Source: Okamejei kenojei (Eukaryota). Taken from it: DNA of 64,000 nucleotides. The notes beneath the pieces were generated by a model. That model worked only from the letters and a program-made list of their open reading frames with translations, did no database searches and had not been told where the DNA came from. The position numbers and the translations under genes were made by a program. The stretch lies in the NCBI GenBank assembly GCA_035221665.1, contig CM069133.1:137578001-137642000 (forward strand), in the 5' to 3' direction. Shown piece by piece: positions 23,231 through 35,130 of the stretch (position 1 is the stretch's first letter; each line of letters starts with the position of its first letter).

Positions 23231-25790
23231 CATAGAAACATAGAAAATAGGTGCAGGAGGAGGCCGTTCGGCCCTTCGAGCCAGCACTGCCATTCATTGT
23301 GATCATGGCTGATCGTCCCGAATCAATAACCCGTGCCTGCCTTCTCCCCATATCCCTTGACTCCACTAGCCCCTAGAGCTCTATCCAACTCTCTCTTAAA
23401 TCCATCCAGTGAATTGGCCTCCACTGCCCTCTGTGGCAGGGAATTCCATAAATTCACAACTCTGGGTAAAAAAGTTTTTTCTCAGCTCATAGAGACATAG
23501 AAAATAGGTGCAGGAATAGGCCATTCGGCCCTTCGGCCCTTCGAGCCTGCACCGCCATTCCATATGATCATGGCTGATCATCCAACTCAGTATCCTGTAC
23601 CTGCCTTCTCTCCATACCCCCTGATCCCTTTAGCCACAAGGGCCACATCTTAACTCCCTCTTAAATATAGCCAATGAACTGGCCTCAACTACCTTCTGTG
23701 GCAGAGAATTCCAGAGACTCACCACTATCTGTGTGACAAATGTTTTCCTCATCTCGGTCCTAAAGGAATTCCCCCTTACCTTAGACTGTGACCCATTGTT
23801 CTGGACCTCCCCAACATCGGGAACAATCTTCCTGCATCTAGCCTATCCAACCCCTTAAGAATTTTGTAAGTTTCTATAAGATCACCCCTCAGCCTTCTAA
23901 ATTCTAGCGAGTACAAGCCAAATCTATCCAGTCATTCCTCATATGAAAGTCCTGACATCCCAGGAATCAGTCTAGTGAACCTTCTCTGTACTCCCTCTAT
24001 GGCAAGAATGTCTTTCCTCAGATTTGGAGACCAAAAATGTACGCAATACTCCAGGTGTGGTCTCACCAAAACCCTGTACAACTGCAGTAGAACCTCCCTG
24101 CTCCTATACGCAAATCCTTTCGCCATGAATGCTAACATACCATTTGCTTTCTTCACTGCCTGCTGCACCTGCATGCCTACTTTCAATGATTGGTGTACCA
24201 TGACATCCAGGTCTCGTTGCATCTCCCCTTTTCCTAATTTGCCACCATTCAGATAATAGTCTACCCTCCTGTTTTTGCCACCAAAGTGGATAACCTCACA
24301 TTTATCCACATTATACTGCATCTGCCATGCATTTGCCCACTCTCCCAGCCTATCCAAGTCACCTTGCAGCCTCCTAGCATCCTCCTCACAGCTAACACTA
24401 CCCCCTAGCGTAGTGTCATCCGCAAACTTGGAGATGTTGCATTCAATTCCCTCATCCAGATCATTAATATATATTGTAAATAGCTGGGGTCCCAGCACTG
24501 AGCCTTGCGGCACCCCACTAGTCACTGCCTGCCATTCTGAAAATGACCATTCACTCCTACCATGTTCTGTCTGCTTCCTGTCTTGCCAGCCAGTTCTCTA
24601 TCCACATCAATACTGAACCCTCAATACCGTGTGCTTTAAGTTTGTATACTAATCTCTTATGCAGGACCTTGTCAAAAGCCTTCTGAAAATCTAGATATAA
24701 CACATCCACTGGTTCTCCCTTATCCACTCTACTAGTTACATCCTCGAAAAATTCTATAAGATTCGTCAGACATGATTTACCTTTCATAAATCCATGCTGA
24801 CTTTGTCTAATGATTTCACTACTTTCCAAATGTGCTGCTATCGCATCTTTAATAACTGACTCTAGCAGTTTCCCCACTACCAATGTTAGACTAACTGGTC
24901 TGTAATTCCCCGTTTTCTCTCTCCCTCCTTTTTTAAAAAGTGGGGTTACATTAACTACCTTCCAATCATCAGGAACAACTCCAGAATCTAACGAGTTTTG
25001 AAAGATTATCACCAATGCATCCACTATTTGTGTGGCTACTTCCTTGAGTACTCTGGGATGCAGACTATCTGGCCCTGGGGATTTATCGGCCTTAAATCCA
25101 TTCAATTTACCCAACACCACTTACCGGCTAACCTGGATTTCACTCAGTTCCTCCACCTCATTTGCCCCCGGTCCCGTGCTATTTCTGGCAGATTATTTAT
25201 GTCTTCCTTAGTGAAGACAGAACCAAAGTAGTTATTCAATTGGTCCGCCATATCCTTGTTCCCCATGATCAATTCACCTGTTTCTGACTGCAAGGGACCT
25301 ACATTAGTTTTAACTAATCTCTTTCTCTTCACATATCTATAAACACTTTTGCAGTCAGTTTTTATGTTCCCTGCCAGTTTTATTTCATAATCTATTTTCC
25401 CTTTCCTAATTAAGCCCTTTGTCCTCTTCTGCTGGACTCTGAATTTCTCCCAGTCCTCTGGTAGGCTGCTTTTTCTGGCTAATTTGTATGCTTCATCTTT
25501 TGTTTCATCTATCCCCGATTTCCCTTGTTATCCATGGATGCACTATCTTCCCTGATTTATTCTTTTGCCAAACTGGGATGAACAATTGTTGTAGTTCATC
25601 CATGCAGTCTTTAAATGCCTTCCATTGCTCAGTCTTAAATGACCTCCCGTTTATTCTAAAACTGTGGCCCCTGGTTCGGGATTCGCCCAACGTTGGGAAC
25701 GTTTTTCCTGCATCTAGCTTGTCCAGTCCTTTTAAAATGTTATGTTTCTATAAATTTCCCCCTCATCCTTCTAAACTCCAGTGAATACAA
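23231..25790 (-). mobile_element. CR1 3' fragment (23231-23489 plus 25627-25790) hosting a nested CR1
   Basis: Tail catagaaacatagaaaatagg; the sequence resumes ctcagtcttaaatgacctcc after the insert. Confidence 0.85.
23490..25626 (-). mobile_element. CR1 LINE, 5'-truncated, with largely intact RT blocks
   Basis: ORFs 23932-24525 ([17 protein letters not shown]), 24557-25120 and 25144-25332; GCTCA duplicated at 23485-23489 and 25627-25631. Confidence 0.97.
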
Positions 25791-25813
25791 ATCTAATAGG
25801 ACTGGCTACCACT

Positions 25814-26773
25814 TAACCATATAACCATATAACCATATAACAATTACAGCACGGAAACAGGCCCTCTCGGCCCTTCCAGTCCGTGCCGACCATTTGTTTT
25901 CCCCTAGTCCCATCTACCTGCATTCAGACCATACCCCTCCATTCCCTTCACGTCCATATACCTATCCACTTTACTCTTAAATGTTAAAATCGATCCTGCC
26001 TCCACCACTTCTGCTGGAAGCTCATTCCACACAGCCACCACCCTCTGAGTAAAGAAGTTCCCCCTCACGTTACCCCGAAACCTCTGTCCCTTAATTCACA
26101 TGTCATGCCCTCTTGTTTGAATCTTCCCTACCCTCAATGGGAAAAACGTATCCACGTCAACTCTGTCTATCCCTTTCATCATTTTAAAGACCTCAATCAA
26201 GTCCCCCCTTAACCTTCTGCGCTCCAAAGAATAAAGACCTAACTTGTTCAACCTTTCTCTGTAACATAGTTGCTGGAACCCTGGCAACATTCTAGTAAAT
26301 CTCCTCTGTACTCTCTCTATTTTGTTGACATCCTTCCTATAACTAGGCGACCAAAATTGTACACCATACTCCAGAATTGGTCTTACCAATGTCTTGTACA
26401 ATTTTAACATTACTTCCCTACTCCTATATTCAATGCTCTGATTTATAAAGGCCAGCACACCAAAGGCTTTCTTTACCACCCTATCTACATGCGATTCCAC
26501 CTTCAGGGAACTATGCACAGTTATTCCTAGATCCCTCTGTTCCACAGCATTCCTCAATTCCCTACCATTTACCATGTACGTCCTATTTTGATTTGTCCTG
26601 CCAAGATGTAGCACTTCACACTTATCAGCATTAAACTCCATCTGCCATCTTTCAGCCCACTTTTCCAAATGGCCCAAATCTCTCTGTAGACTTTGAAAAT
26701 CTACTTCATTATCCACAACACCACCTATCTTAGTATCATCTGCATACTTACTTATCCAATTTTCCACCCCATC
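25814..26773 (-). mobile_element. CR1 subfamily A, 5'-truncated
   Basis: ORF 26096-26833(-) ISKYADDTKIGG...RPILEYG; tail (aaccatat)n on +. Confidence 0.97.
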
Positions 26774-26810
26774 ACTTCTGTGATTTCCTTTTTTTTTTAA
26801 ACCATTCCTC

Positions 26811-27070
26811 TGTGGCACAGCTGGTAGCCTCACAGCACCAGAGACGTGGGATCAATCGTGACCTCTGGTGTCTGATTGGTGATTGCACTTTCTCCCTGTC
26901 AACCGTGTGGGTTTCCTTTAAGTGCTCTGGTTTCCTCTCGCGTCCCAAAGGTGTGTGCTTTAGGTTAATTGATCTCTGTAAATTGCCCCTAAGTTGTGGA
27001 TGGAAAAAGTGGGATAACATAGACCTTTGTGAATGGGTGATTGCAAGTTGGAGTCCAACTCGTCCATAGT
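26811..27070 (+). mobile_element. HE1-type V-SINE
   Basis: A box TGGCACAGCTGG, B-box-like GGATCAATC, V-domain gtgggtttcc..gtgctctggtttcctc..cccaaag. Confidence 0.75.
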
Positions 27071-27989
27071 GCCAAAAGCCCTATCTAAGCTCGTCTTATT
27101 TGCCCATGTTTGATTTGTATCCTTTTAAACCTTTCCTATCCATGTATCAGTCTGCTTTTATAGTACCTTCCGGAATACTTCCTCTGCGTAAAAGTCTCTG
27201 TATAATCTTGCATTTGGTCTGATTAAGCTCCAACTACTATTTTACCACCCATGTGGATTAGTTGTATCCTTTGACATCTTTACTCGCTTTGGCAAGTTTT
27301 GTATTTCTATTCAATATTGGTAACGAATCTCCCAAAGAATAGGTTCCCTAGCCTGATGCAAGTTATCTGATATGTGTTTTGAAAGACAAAGACAGACATA
27401 TTTCCAGGCAAATTATTTTTATTCATGTGTTGAAGAGAGAGAGTCAAATGGAAATACATTATATATTCAAATAAGTATGTGAAGAATACTTTTATTGCCC
27501 TGGGTCTCACTATTGCTAATCTACTTGTTCGCTCCAGATAAGAGTCAGTTGCAAAAAATATTAATGACTCTGGACATGAGAAAGAAAGTATAAAGCCATA
27601 CAAAATATCTGGGGCATAAATTAGACTCCTTTATCTTAGCACCAGTTCCATTCAAATTTAAATCAATCCCAGATTTTACTGGAAGTTCAGAGCAAGCAGG
27701 CTGACATGGCAGGAGACTGAAAAGACTGGATACAACATTGTCTTAGAAAGTGATTAGAAAGTGAACTATCTTTAAACTAGTTTTTTTCACAATCGGAAAG
27801 TGCGATTGCAAGAATATACTGTGTTGAACAACCTGGTCAGGCTGAGAGAGGTTTGGGGAGGAGGATATTTGGAAAAGATACTAGTTATTCATTTCCTCGA
27901 GTTTGGCCCCAAACAATTATACGGAATAAGATTCCTGCAATGTTGAATTTGGACTTGTTGGCTGAGTGCGCACTGTATAAGAGTTATGG

Positions 27990-30900
27990 GTCGGGTTCAA
28001 AACTGATAGGGGAGAGCGCACTTTACGTCCGAACATCATCTCCGCTGGAGTTCGACAGCTAGTGCAGTTTGGAACGATACTACAGTTTGATTCGATATTG
28101 CTGTAAGAAATCGCGCAATGCCAATTGTTTCAATTTATTTTCGATTCCTACAGCACGTTTCATGGCCTGCTTGAAAATGCCGACAGGCCGCTCTGCCTCA
28201 CCATTTGAGGGTGGATGAAAAGGTGCTGATGTCAGATGCACAATTGAGTGTTGTTTGTACCAGTCACCGAACATTTGCGATGGAAATTGGGGTCCATTGT
28301 CGCTTACGATTGTTAAGGGCAATCCCCAAATGGCGAACAAATCGTAGAGTGCATAAGTGGTTGTTTCGGTGGTTGGATACTTATTCATTTGGAGAACATG
28401 TGGCCATTTCGTGGGTCCATGACAACCAGCCAGTTGCGGGGACGGGCCATGTGGAGGTCTTTTCCGGCGGATTCGGCGCTGTTTCGGCACATGGCGTGCA
28501 GTCCTTGCAGTGGTCGGCTATATCGGTCTCGATATTCGGCCACCACACGTGCATGTGGGCGAGCGCCTTCATTCGCACAATTCCAACGTGTGTCTTGTGC
28601 AACATTTTTAGAATTTGCAATCGCAGTTCCATCGGAATGATCACTCGATCATCGCGGAGCAGAATGCCATCCTTCGAGGAGATTTCAGTTTGCGCATTCT
28701 GGAATGAGCGGAATTCCTTGTCCAGCTTAGGACTGTTCGGCCACCCCTGAGTGACAAAATGTCGTACCTTCGACAGAATGGGGTCTGTGGTCGTATAGTT
28801 GGCGACCGTCCATGAGGAGACGGGGAAATCGGCGATGACCCGCGTGTTGAGCAAGGTCACATCCGTCTCAATTTCCATAATTGCCTCCTCTTTATCGAAT
28901 GTCAGGTCGGGTCCAATCGGTAGACGAGACTGTGCATTGGCATTGGCCTGCTCGGCAGACTGTCGGTAAATGATGTGGTGATCATATCCCTTCATGATCG
29001 GGGCCCAACGTTGTAGACGCAGCAACGCCATGACAGACAAACTTTTCTCCGGACTGAAAATAGTCAGCAGCCGCTTGTGGTCGGTGATGAGCAGGAAATG
29101 TCACCCACTTAAATATTGGTGGAAATTCCGGACACCAAACACAGTCGCCAGTGCTTCTTTCTCCACTTGATTGCAGTTTTTCCCGGCTGTCGTCAGCGTT
29201 TTGGATGCGAACGTAATTGGTTCTTCCTTGCCGCTCGCCGCTGTTTGTGAGATTCCAGCTCCAAGACCGCTCGGCAATGCATCGGCGGCCAGCAAGATCA
29301 GCTACGATGGGTCATAGTCGACCAAACGCGTCTTCTGGGCGAGCATCTCCTTCAGTCTGGTGAATGCATGTTCACACACTTTGGACCAGAGCCATTCAAC
29401 GTCCTATTTTTGCAGGTTGTTCAATGGTGTGCACAAAGTCGAAAGTGCCGGTATGAACTTGACATAGTAGTTCAACTTGCCAAAGAAACTTTCAAGCTGC
29501 TTCCCAGTTTCGGGCATCGGCAACTTCACAATGGCGTCCAGTCTTTCTTCGGATGGCTTCAGACCATTTGTCGAGATCACATGCCTGAGATACGTGACCT
29601 GTTGTCGGACGAATGCGCACTTGTCCACGCGCAGCTTCATGCCGTACTTGTTCAGTGCCGTGAGGACCTGTTTTGGGTTCCGCAGGTGTTCTTCCTCTGT
29701 CCGGCCGGTGACAATGACGTCATCCCAGGTAGGCGACTACGTACAGAATCCCGGCAGCCAGATTGTCGACCAGCTTCTGGAAGATGGCCGGCGCCGGTCC
29801 AAACGACAATCGGCTGAATCTGAACAGTCCCTTGTGCGTGTTGATCACCAGCAGGTTTTTTGTCTCATCGTCCAGTTCCACTCGGAGATATGCGTCGGAC
29901 ATGTCCAATTTTGAGAAGTACCCTCCTCCTTGTAGATTGACGAACGGCTCGTCCACTCTTGGTATGGGTGGTCAATGTGGTATAGAGGGTATACAGTGTG
30001 GTCGCCACAGATGCTTCTGAATGACAACTATGGGTGTGGCCCAGTTGGAACGGTCCACATGGGTGATAATTCCCATTTCTTCAAGACGGCAAAGTCCTTG
30101 TCGACGGCGTCCATCCGACTGAACGGAACTGGTCTTGGTTTGAAGAACGTAGGGACGGCATTGTCTTTGAGTATGAGCCGTGCCTTCATCCTTCGTGCAA
30201 TGTCCAAGTCCAGGTGCGAACACGGCCCCAAACTGGTCTAGAACCTTTTGCAGGCTGTTCTCGCACTTGCAATCCGTGGTGGATGACAATAGAAACATAG
30301 AAACATAGAAATTAGGTGCAGGAGTAGGCCATTCGGCCCTTCGAGCCTGCACCGCCATTCAATATGATCATGGCTGATCATCCAACTCAGTGTCCCGGAC
30401 CTGCCTTCTCTCCATACCCTCCCCCCTTAGCCACAAGGGCCACATCTAACTCCCTCTTAAATATAGCCAATGAACTGGCCTCAACTACCCTCTGTGGCAG
30501 AGAGTTCCAGAGACTCGCCACTCTCTGTGAGAAAAAAGTCTTTCTCATCTCGGTCTTAAAGGATTTCCCCCTTATCCTTAAACTGTGACCCCTTGTCCTG
30601 GACTTCCCCGACATCGGGAACAATCTTCCTGCATCTAGCCTGTCCAACCCCTTAAGAATTTTATAAGTTTCTATAAAGATCCCCTCTCAATCTCCTAAAT
30701 TCCAGAGAATATAAACCAAGTCTATCCAGTCTTCCTTCATAAGACAGTCCTGACATCCCAGGAATCAGTCTGGTGAACCTCCTCTGCACTCCCTCTATGG
30801 CAATAATGTCCTTCCTCAGATTTGGAGACCAAAACTGTACGCAATACTCCAGGTGTGGTCTCACCAAGACCCTGTACAACTGAAGTAGAACCTCCCTGCT

Positions 30901-31400
30901 CCTATACTCAAATCCTTTTGCTATGAAAGCTAACATACCATTCGCTTTTTTCACTGCCTGCTGCACCTGCATGCCTACTTTCAATGACTGGTGTACCATG
31001 ACACCCAGGTCTCGCTGCATCTCCCCTTTTCCTAATTGGCCACCATTTAAATAATAGTCTACTTTCCTGTTTTTGCCACCAAAGTGGATAACCTCACATA
31101 TATCCACATTATACTGCATCTGCCAAACATTTGCCCACTCACCCAGCCTCCAGCATCCTCCTCACAGCTAACCCTGCTAACACTGCCATAGTTGATCCAT
31201 TGTAGATCAAGGCGTTCATGTCAAGCTTGAAAGCATGGACCCAGTCGATGGCGCACACGGATGTACCTTCTTTACTAACGATGATCAGCAGCAACATCTG
31301 TGTCATACCATTACAGGAAACGGTGACAGTGCATTTGTCTTTCAAGGGAATGGGCTGTCGTGCGTATCCGAAAAGGCGGATATTGGCCGGTTTCAGTTAC
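27990..31400 (-). pseudogene. Gypsy pol (PR C-terminal half, RT, RNase H, integrase), frameshifted
   Basis: ORF fragments 31139-31345, 30028-30231, 29720-29956, 29404-29640, 29101-29295, 28381-29040 and 28080-28490. Confidence 0.9.
30289..31179 (-). mobile_element. CR1 3' fragment inserted in Gypsy pol
   Basis: ORFs 30661-31119 and 30387-30647; tail (atagaaac)n; ACA duplicated at 30286-30288 and 31180-31182. Confidence 0.95.
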
Positions 31401-32680
31401 AGCAGGCCGTTGCCGCGCGGAATTTTTGAACACGGTCAGTTTTTCGGAGCCCTGCGCGATGTCGGGACCAGCTCCGCACTACGCCATACGGCGCCGCCGA
31501 TCGAAGTGGGACTGGCCCCAAGAGGCCGCACGGCTCAATCAACCACGTTAGGTCGCGCTTCCCGCATGGAGTCGTGTGCTCGTGGGACAGGCCCTTTACT
31601 TAGCAGCTCGGCCATCTTAGCACACTGCAGCACATTCTTCAATGAGGCATCCGATTCCTTGAGAATCGCCTGCTGGATGAATGCGTGAAGGGGATGTGGG
31701 TGTCATGGAACACCAATCATTGAAAGTAGGCATGCAGGTGCAGCAGGCTGTGAAGAAAGCAAATGGTATGTTAGCATTCATAGCAAAAGGATTTGAGTAT
31801 AGGAGCAGGGAGGTCTACTGCAGTTGTACAGGGTTTTGGTGAGACCACACCTGGAGTATTGCATACAGAGAAAAGACATTCTTGCCATAGAGGGGGTACA
31901 GAGAAGGTTCACCAGACTGATTCATGGGATGTCAGGACTTTCATATGAAGGACTAGATAGACTACAGAATTTACTGAGTCTTATAGAAACTTACAAATTC
32001 TTAAGGGGACAGGCTAGATGCAGGAAGATTGTTCCCGATGATCATAAGGGGTTCTAAGGAAAGGGGGAATTCCTTTAGGACGAGATGAGGAAAACATTTT
32101 TCACACAGAGAGTGGTGAGTCTGTGGAATTCTCTGCGCAGCCAGAATTGACTATATTTAAGAGGGAGTTACATGTGGTCCTTGTGGCTACCAGGGGGTCC
32201 TGAGTTGGATGATCAGCCATGATCATATTGAATGGCGGTGCAGGCTCTATTTTCTATGTTTCTATGTGCCTGCAGCCCATGACCAGTCTATCCCCGCAAC
32301 GCATTGTCTTGGCACTTTTTGCTGCATTGAGCTTTAAAATCACATGCCTTTGCCTTGGTGCGAAGTTTGGCAGGAAATTCGGTGATCGATTGCCTTTCCT
32401 GTTGCACAATCCGGTAGAAGTGGAGGTGAGCTGCGAGGAAATTTCGACTTTCTTCGAAATGCAGCTGCAAAGCTCTTGTGATTTCAGCACATGAGGCTTC
32501 AGTTACTTCTTCTGTAAGAAAATTTTGGAGCAGTGCAAAAGTTTCTGGAGACATTGATTTTCACGAGAGCCTTCTTCCTCAGGTCAGTCGTAATTGGCAT
32601 TCTTTCAAAATAAAACTCAGTGAGCATTAAATACGACAACCATCTTTCTCGCACTGGATCGAATTGCGGAGACATGTTAG
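31400..32680 (-). pseudogene. Gypsy gag, disrupted
   Basis: FYRIVQQERQSITEF.AKLR..A..CDF. Removing the CR1 at 31688-32265 restores DRLVMGCRHAFIQQAILKE. Confidence 0.8.
31688..32265 (+). mobile_element. CR1 3' fragment with many small deletions, inserted in Gypsy gag
   Basis: YRVLVRPHLEYC..IEGVQRRFTRLI; tail tttctatgtttctat; GTG duplicated at 31685-31687 and 32266-32268. Confidence 0.88.
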
Positions 32681-32776
32681 TTTAAGTACACTACAGAATT
32701 CAAAAAAAAAAAAAAAAGAAAAAAAAAATAATCGAAAAATGGGCTCTTATCTGGGTCTTTCGACACAATCCGAAGT

Positions 32777-32794
32777 ATCCCACTTCTGACACCA
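32777..32794 (-). promoter_or_regulatory. Primer-binding site complementary to the tRNA-Leu 3' end
   Basis: Minus strand TGGTGTCAGAAGTGGGAT, 4 nt after the LTR end, complementary to ...ATCCCACTTCTGACACCA. Confidence 0.85.
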
Positions 32795-32798
32795 CTTT

Positions 32799-33072
32799 TG
32801 TGTTCTTTTTCTAGGTCTGCACAAAACTTGAGAGTCTACAAGGTACAACAGAAGTCTTTATTACATTACGCAATGCTGGCAGCAAGACAACTCAAAATGG
32901 CTGCACACTCACACTGTCTACAGACAGGAAAAACTATATACAAAACATCTCCCTTTGTCCTGTGCAGCACCACCTGCTGCACGGGAGGAGCAATGGGTTC
33001 TCCCACCCCTCACAATCCACCAAATATCACAAAAATAATTCCCGAACTGACCACAGACCCTTTAGTTTCACA
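32799..33072 (-). repeat. 5' LTR of Gypsy element (about 274 bp, TGTG...CACA)
   Basis: Terminal TGTG/CACA; internal TATATA and AATAAA on the minus strand; adjacent PBS. Confidence 0.7.
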
Positions 33073-33669
33073 CTGAGTAACTAAATAATCAATCAACTTG
33101 CCAGAGGCATGCTTTTACATAGACTGAGTGAAATGTTTATTGGTCCTGCGATCAGCTAAAAACTTAACTTTGTTAATTAAAGTCACTTAAAAATTTAAGG
33201 GCGCATTCATTTTATTAATTCATTCACTGATTGAGAATGTGTTGTACGTCACATCATCATCTGTTGCTCATCATAAATTTGATTACCAAAGTTACCATCG
33301 CTGGGGCTCCCCAGGTTATCTAATGGTTCTGCTCTTGAATTGCATGTAAACTTAATTTTCTGTAAGTCAAAAATGAACAATTTCCCCTGAAGCCGTCGTG
33401 TGAAACTTTTACCCTTGACGGTCCTTGATTTGCAAAGAGTAGACTCGTTGAAGGTACGTGCAGGCGATTTTACGCGCAAGAACTTTGATCCGATTGTTGC
33501 CTGATTGGAGTGTCAGTGAGAAAACGATCGGAAATGTGATAAAGTGTACTATGCGGAGGTGGTGCAGAGTTCATAATGTCGGATCTTACCTGAAAAGGCT
33601 TTTGGAGAAGGTATTGCCTTTTCCTATGGGTGATCTTTGCATTGGTTTCTGCTGGTGATTTGAGTAGTA

Positions 33670-33910
33670 TACGGATGCTTGTCTGCATGGAGTTTGTACA
33701 GTCGCTCCATGACTGTATTGGTTTTCTTCCGTTTCCTCCCACACACCAAAGACGTACAGTTTTGTAGGTTAATTGGCTTGGTATGAATGTAAATTGTCCC
33801 TAGTGTGTGTAGGATAGTGTAAGTGTGTGGGGATAATTAATGTGCGGGGATCGCTGGTCGGTGTAGACTTGGTAGACAGAAGGGCCCGCTTCTGCGTGGC
33901 ATCTCTAAGC
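33670..33910 (+). mobile_element. HE1-type V-SINE (head degraded)
   Basis: gtctgcatggagtttgtac..gtttcctcccacacaccaaagacgtacag..ggttaattggcttgg; tail gcatctctaa. Confidence 0.8.
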
Positions 33911-33949
33911 TTTATATAAAAGAAAGATTTAAAAAAGTATACCCTAGAG

Positions 33950-34204
33950 CAGGGGTTCTCAACCAGCGGGGAATTCCCCCCAGCGGGGAATTCCCCCCAG
34001 GGGGGGAATTTCAGGTTTTCAGGGGGGGAATTGGGACCACAGATTAGCAAACTCAAACTGTTAGAAATAAAGGATTTTCAGTATTATATGCATATTATTT
34101 GGAATGCACTTTTTGTGGCGGACAATCTTGGAAATGAGGGGGGGAATGACATTCCGACATATGGTGAGAGGGGTGCATGGGGCGAACAAGGTTGAGAACC
34201 ACTG
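33950..34204. mobile_element. hAT (Charlie-type) MITE
   Basis: TIRs CAGGGGTTCTCAACC / GGTTGAGAACCACTG; 8-bp TSD CCCTAGAG at 33942-33949 and 34205-34212. Confidence 0.93.
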
Positions 34205-34249
34205 CCCTAGAGCAAAGTCTGGGAGTATTTGTGTAAAGTCGGAATTTGA

Positions 34250-34890
34250 TAATACAATACAATACGGTTTTATTCGTCACATTGCACATAAAGTGCAAGT
34301 GAAATGAATTTGCCAGCAGCGGTACAATGATAAAGAACACACAATACACAAACACAAACATCCACCACAGCATTCATCAGTGTGGTGGAAGGCACGACAT
34401 TTGGCCAGTCCTCCTCCATTTTCCCCCGTGGTCGGGACCTCCACCCTCCGCAGTTGCCGCTGCGGGCGTCCAGATGAGTAGACAAGTAAAAGTCCAGTTA
34501 AGCGCAGAGTCGGCTCTTCCCCGCCGGAGACCGCGGCTTTAGGTTGGTGTAGGCCGCAGGCCGGCGGTCGCAGATTTAAAGTTCCCGCCACAGCTGGAAG
34601 CACTGCAGACCGCAGGGCCGGCGGTCGATGCTCCCCTCCAGGGGTGATGGTAGGTCCACGCCGGACTCCGCGCCAGCTGGAGCTCTGCAGACCGCGGCTT
34701 CAGGCTGCCGCGGGCCTCCGGCGACCCCCGGCGATGGCTTGCCCGCTCCGCGCCGAGAATCCACGCTGCGCCCGCCGCTGAAGCCCCGGGCACGTCTCCG
34801 GGAAAGGCCGCCCGATCCTCAATGTTAGGCCACGTGGGAGGTGACCTGGGAAACGTTGTCTCTCCGTGGAGGAGGTGACCAAATTCCACG
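34250..34890 (-). mobile_element. GC-rich non-autonomous retroelement with Rex1-like 3' tail
   Basis: Minus-strand 3' end tgtgacgaataaaaccgtattgtattgtatt; non-coding CpG-rich body; related copy at 42870-43282. Confidence 0.55.
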
Positions 34891-34924
34891 CGGCGTTGAA
34901 TGGCAGGAGAGGCAATCGATCTGC

Positions 34925-35130
34925 ACACGCACGGTTTTTAAGATTTTTAAACCTCGCTAACTCTTACCAGCTTCCACTGATCGGAATGAAACTTGGTGCA
35001 ATCGCAGCACAGGAGAGCGGTGAGTAAGCTGGCGAAAAATCATAGCGCTATCGTGTACCGTTTTTGTGCAAATAGAATGACCGCCCGACCGGAAGATAAG
35101 ATCAGAGTATTAGTTATGTATAGATAGAGA
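34925..35130 (-). mobile_element. Helitron 5'-end fragment
   Basis: Minus strand A|TCTCTATCTATACATAACTAATACTCTGATCTT resembles the 5' end of 9727-11005; it shares the block ggcgaaaaatcatagcgctatcg / ggccaaaaatcacagccgtaag. Confidence 0.55.

Larger units (their letters stand above)
27900..33072 (-). mobile_element. Gypsy/Ty3 LTR retrotransposon (5' LTR, PBS, gag, pol; 3' LTR missing) with two CR1 inserts
   Basis: Domain order gag-PR-RT-RH-IN on the minus strand: FSKLDMSDAY; YLDD disrupted by +1 G; EKEALA.VFGV..FHQYL; HVGIVRMKALA..WWP..C..C; IVSDNGPQF; PFHPPSNGEAER. Confidence 0.95.

Noticed and set aside
23975-24616. Long antisense ORFs over CR1 and Gypsy sequences (also 28205-28750, 29368-29914, 48482-48865)
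   Set aside because: Shadow ORFs of retroelement coding strands, with no independent coding evidence.
32801-32960. Alternative 147-bp LTR (TGTT...AACA) with an apparent PPT (CAAAGGGAGA) upstream, which would imply a tandem or circular-derived element
   Set aside because: The longer 32799-33072 boundary has TGTG/CACA ends and puts TATA and AATAAA in normal positions; the purine run is probably internal U3 sequence.
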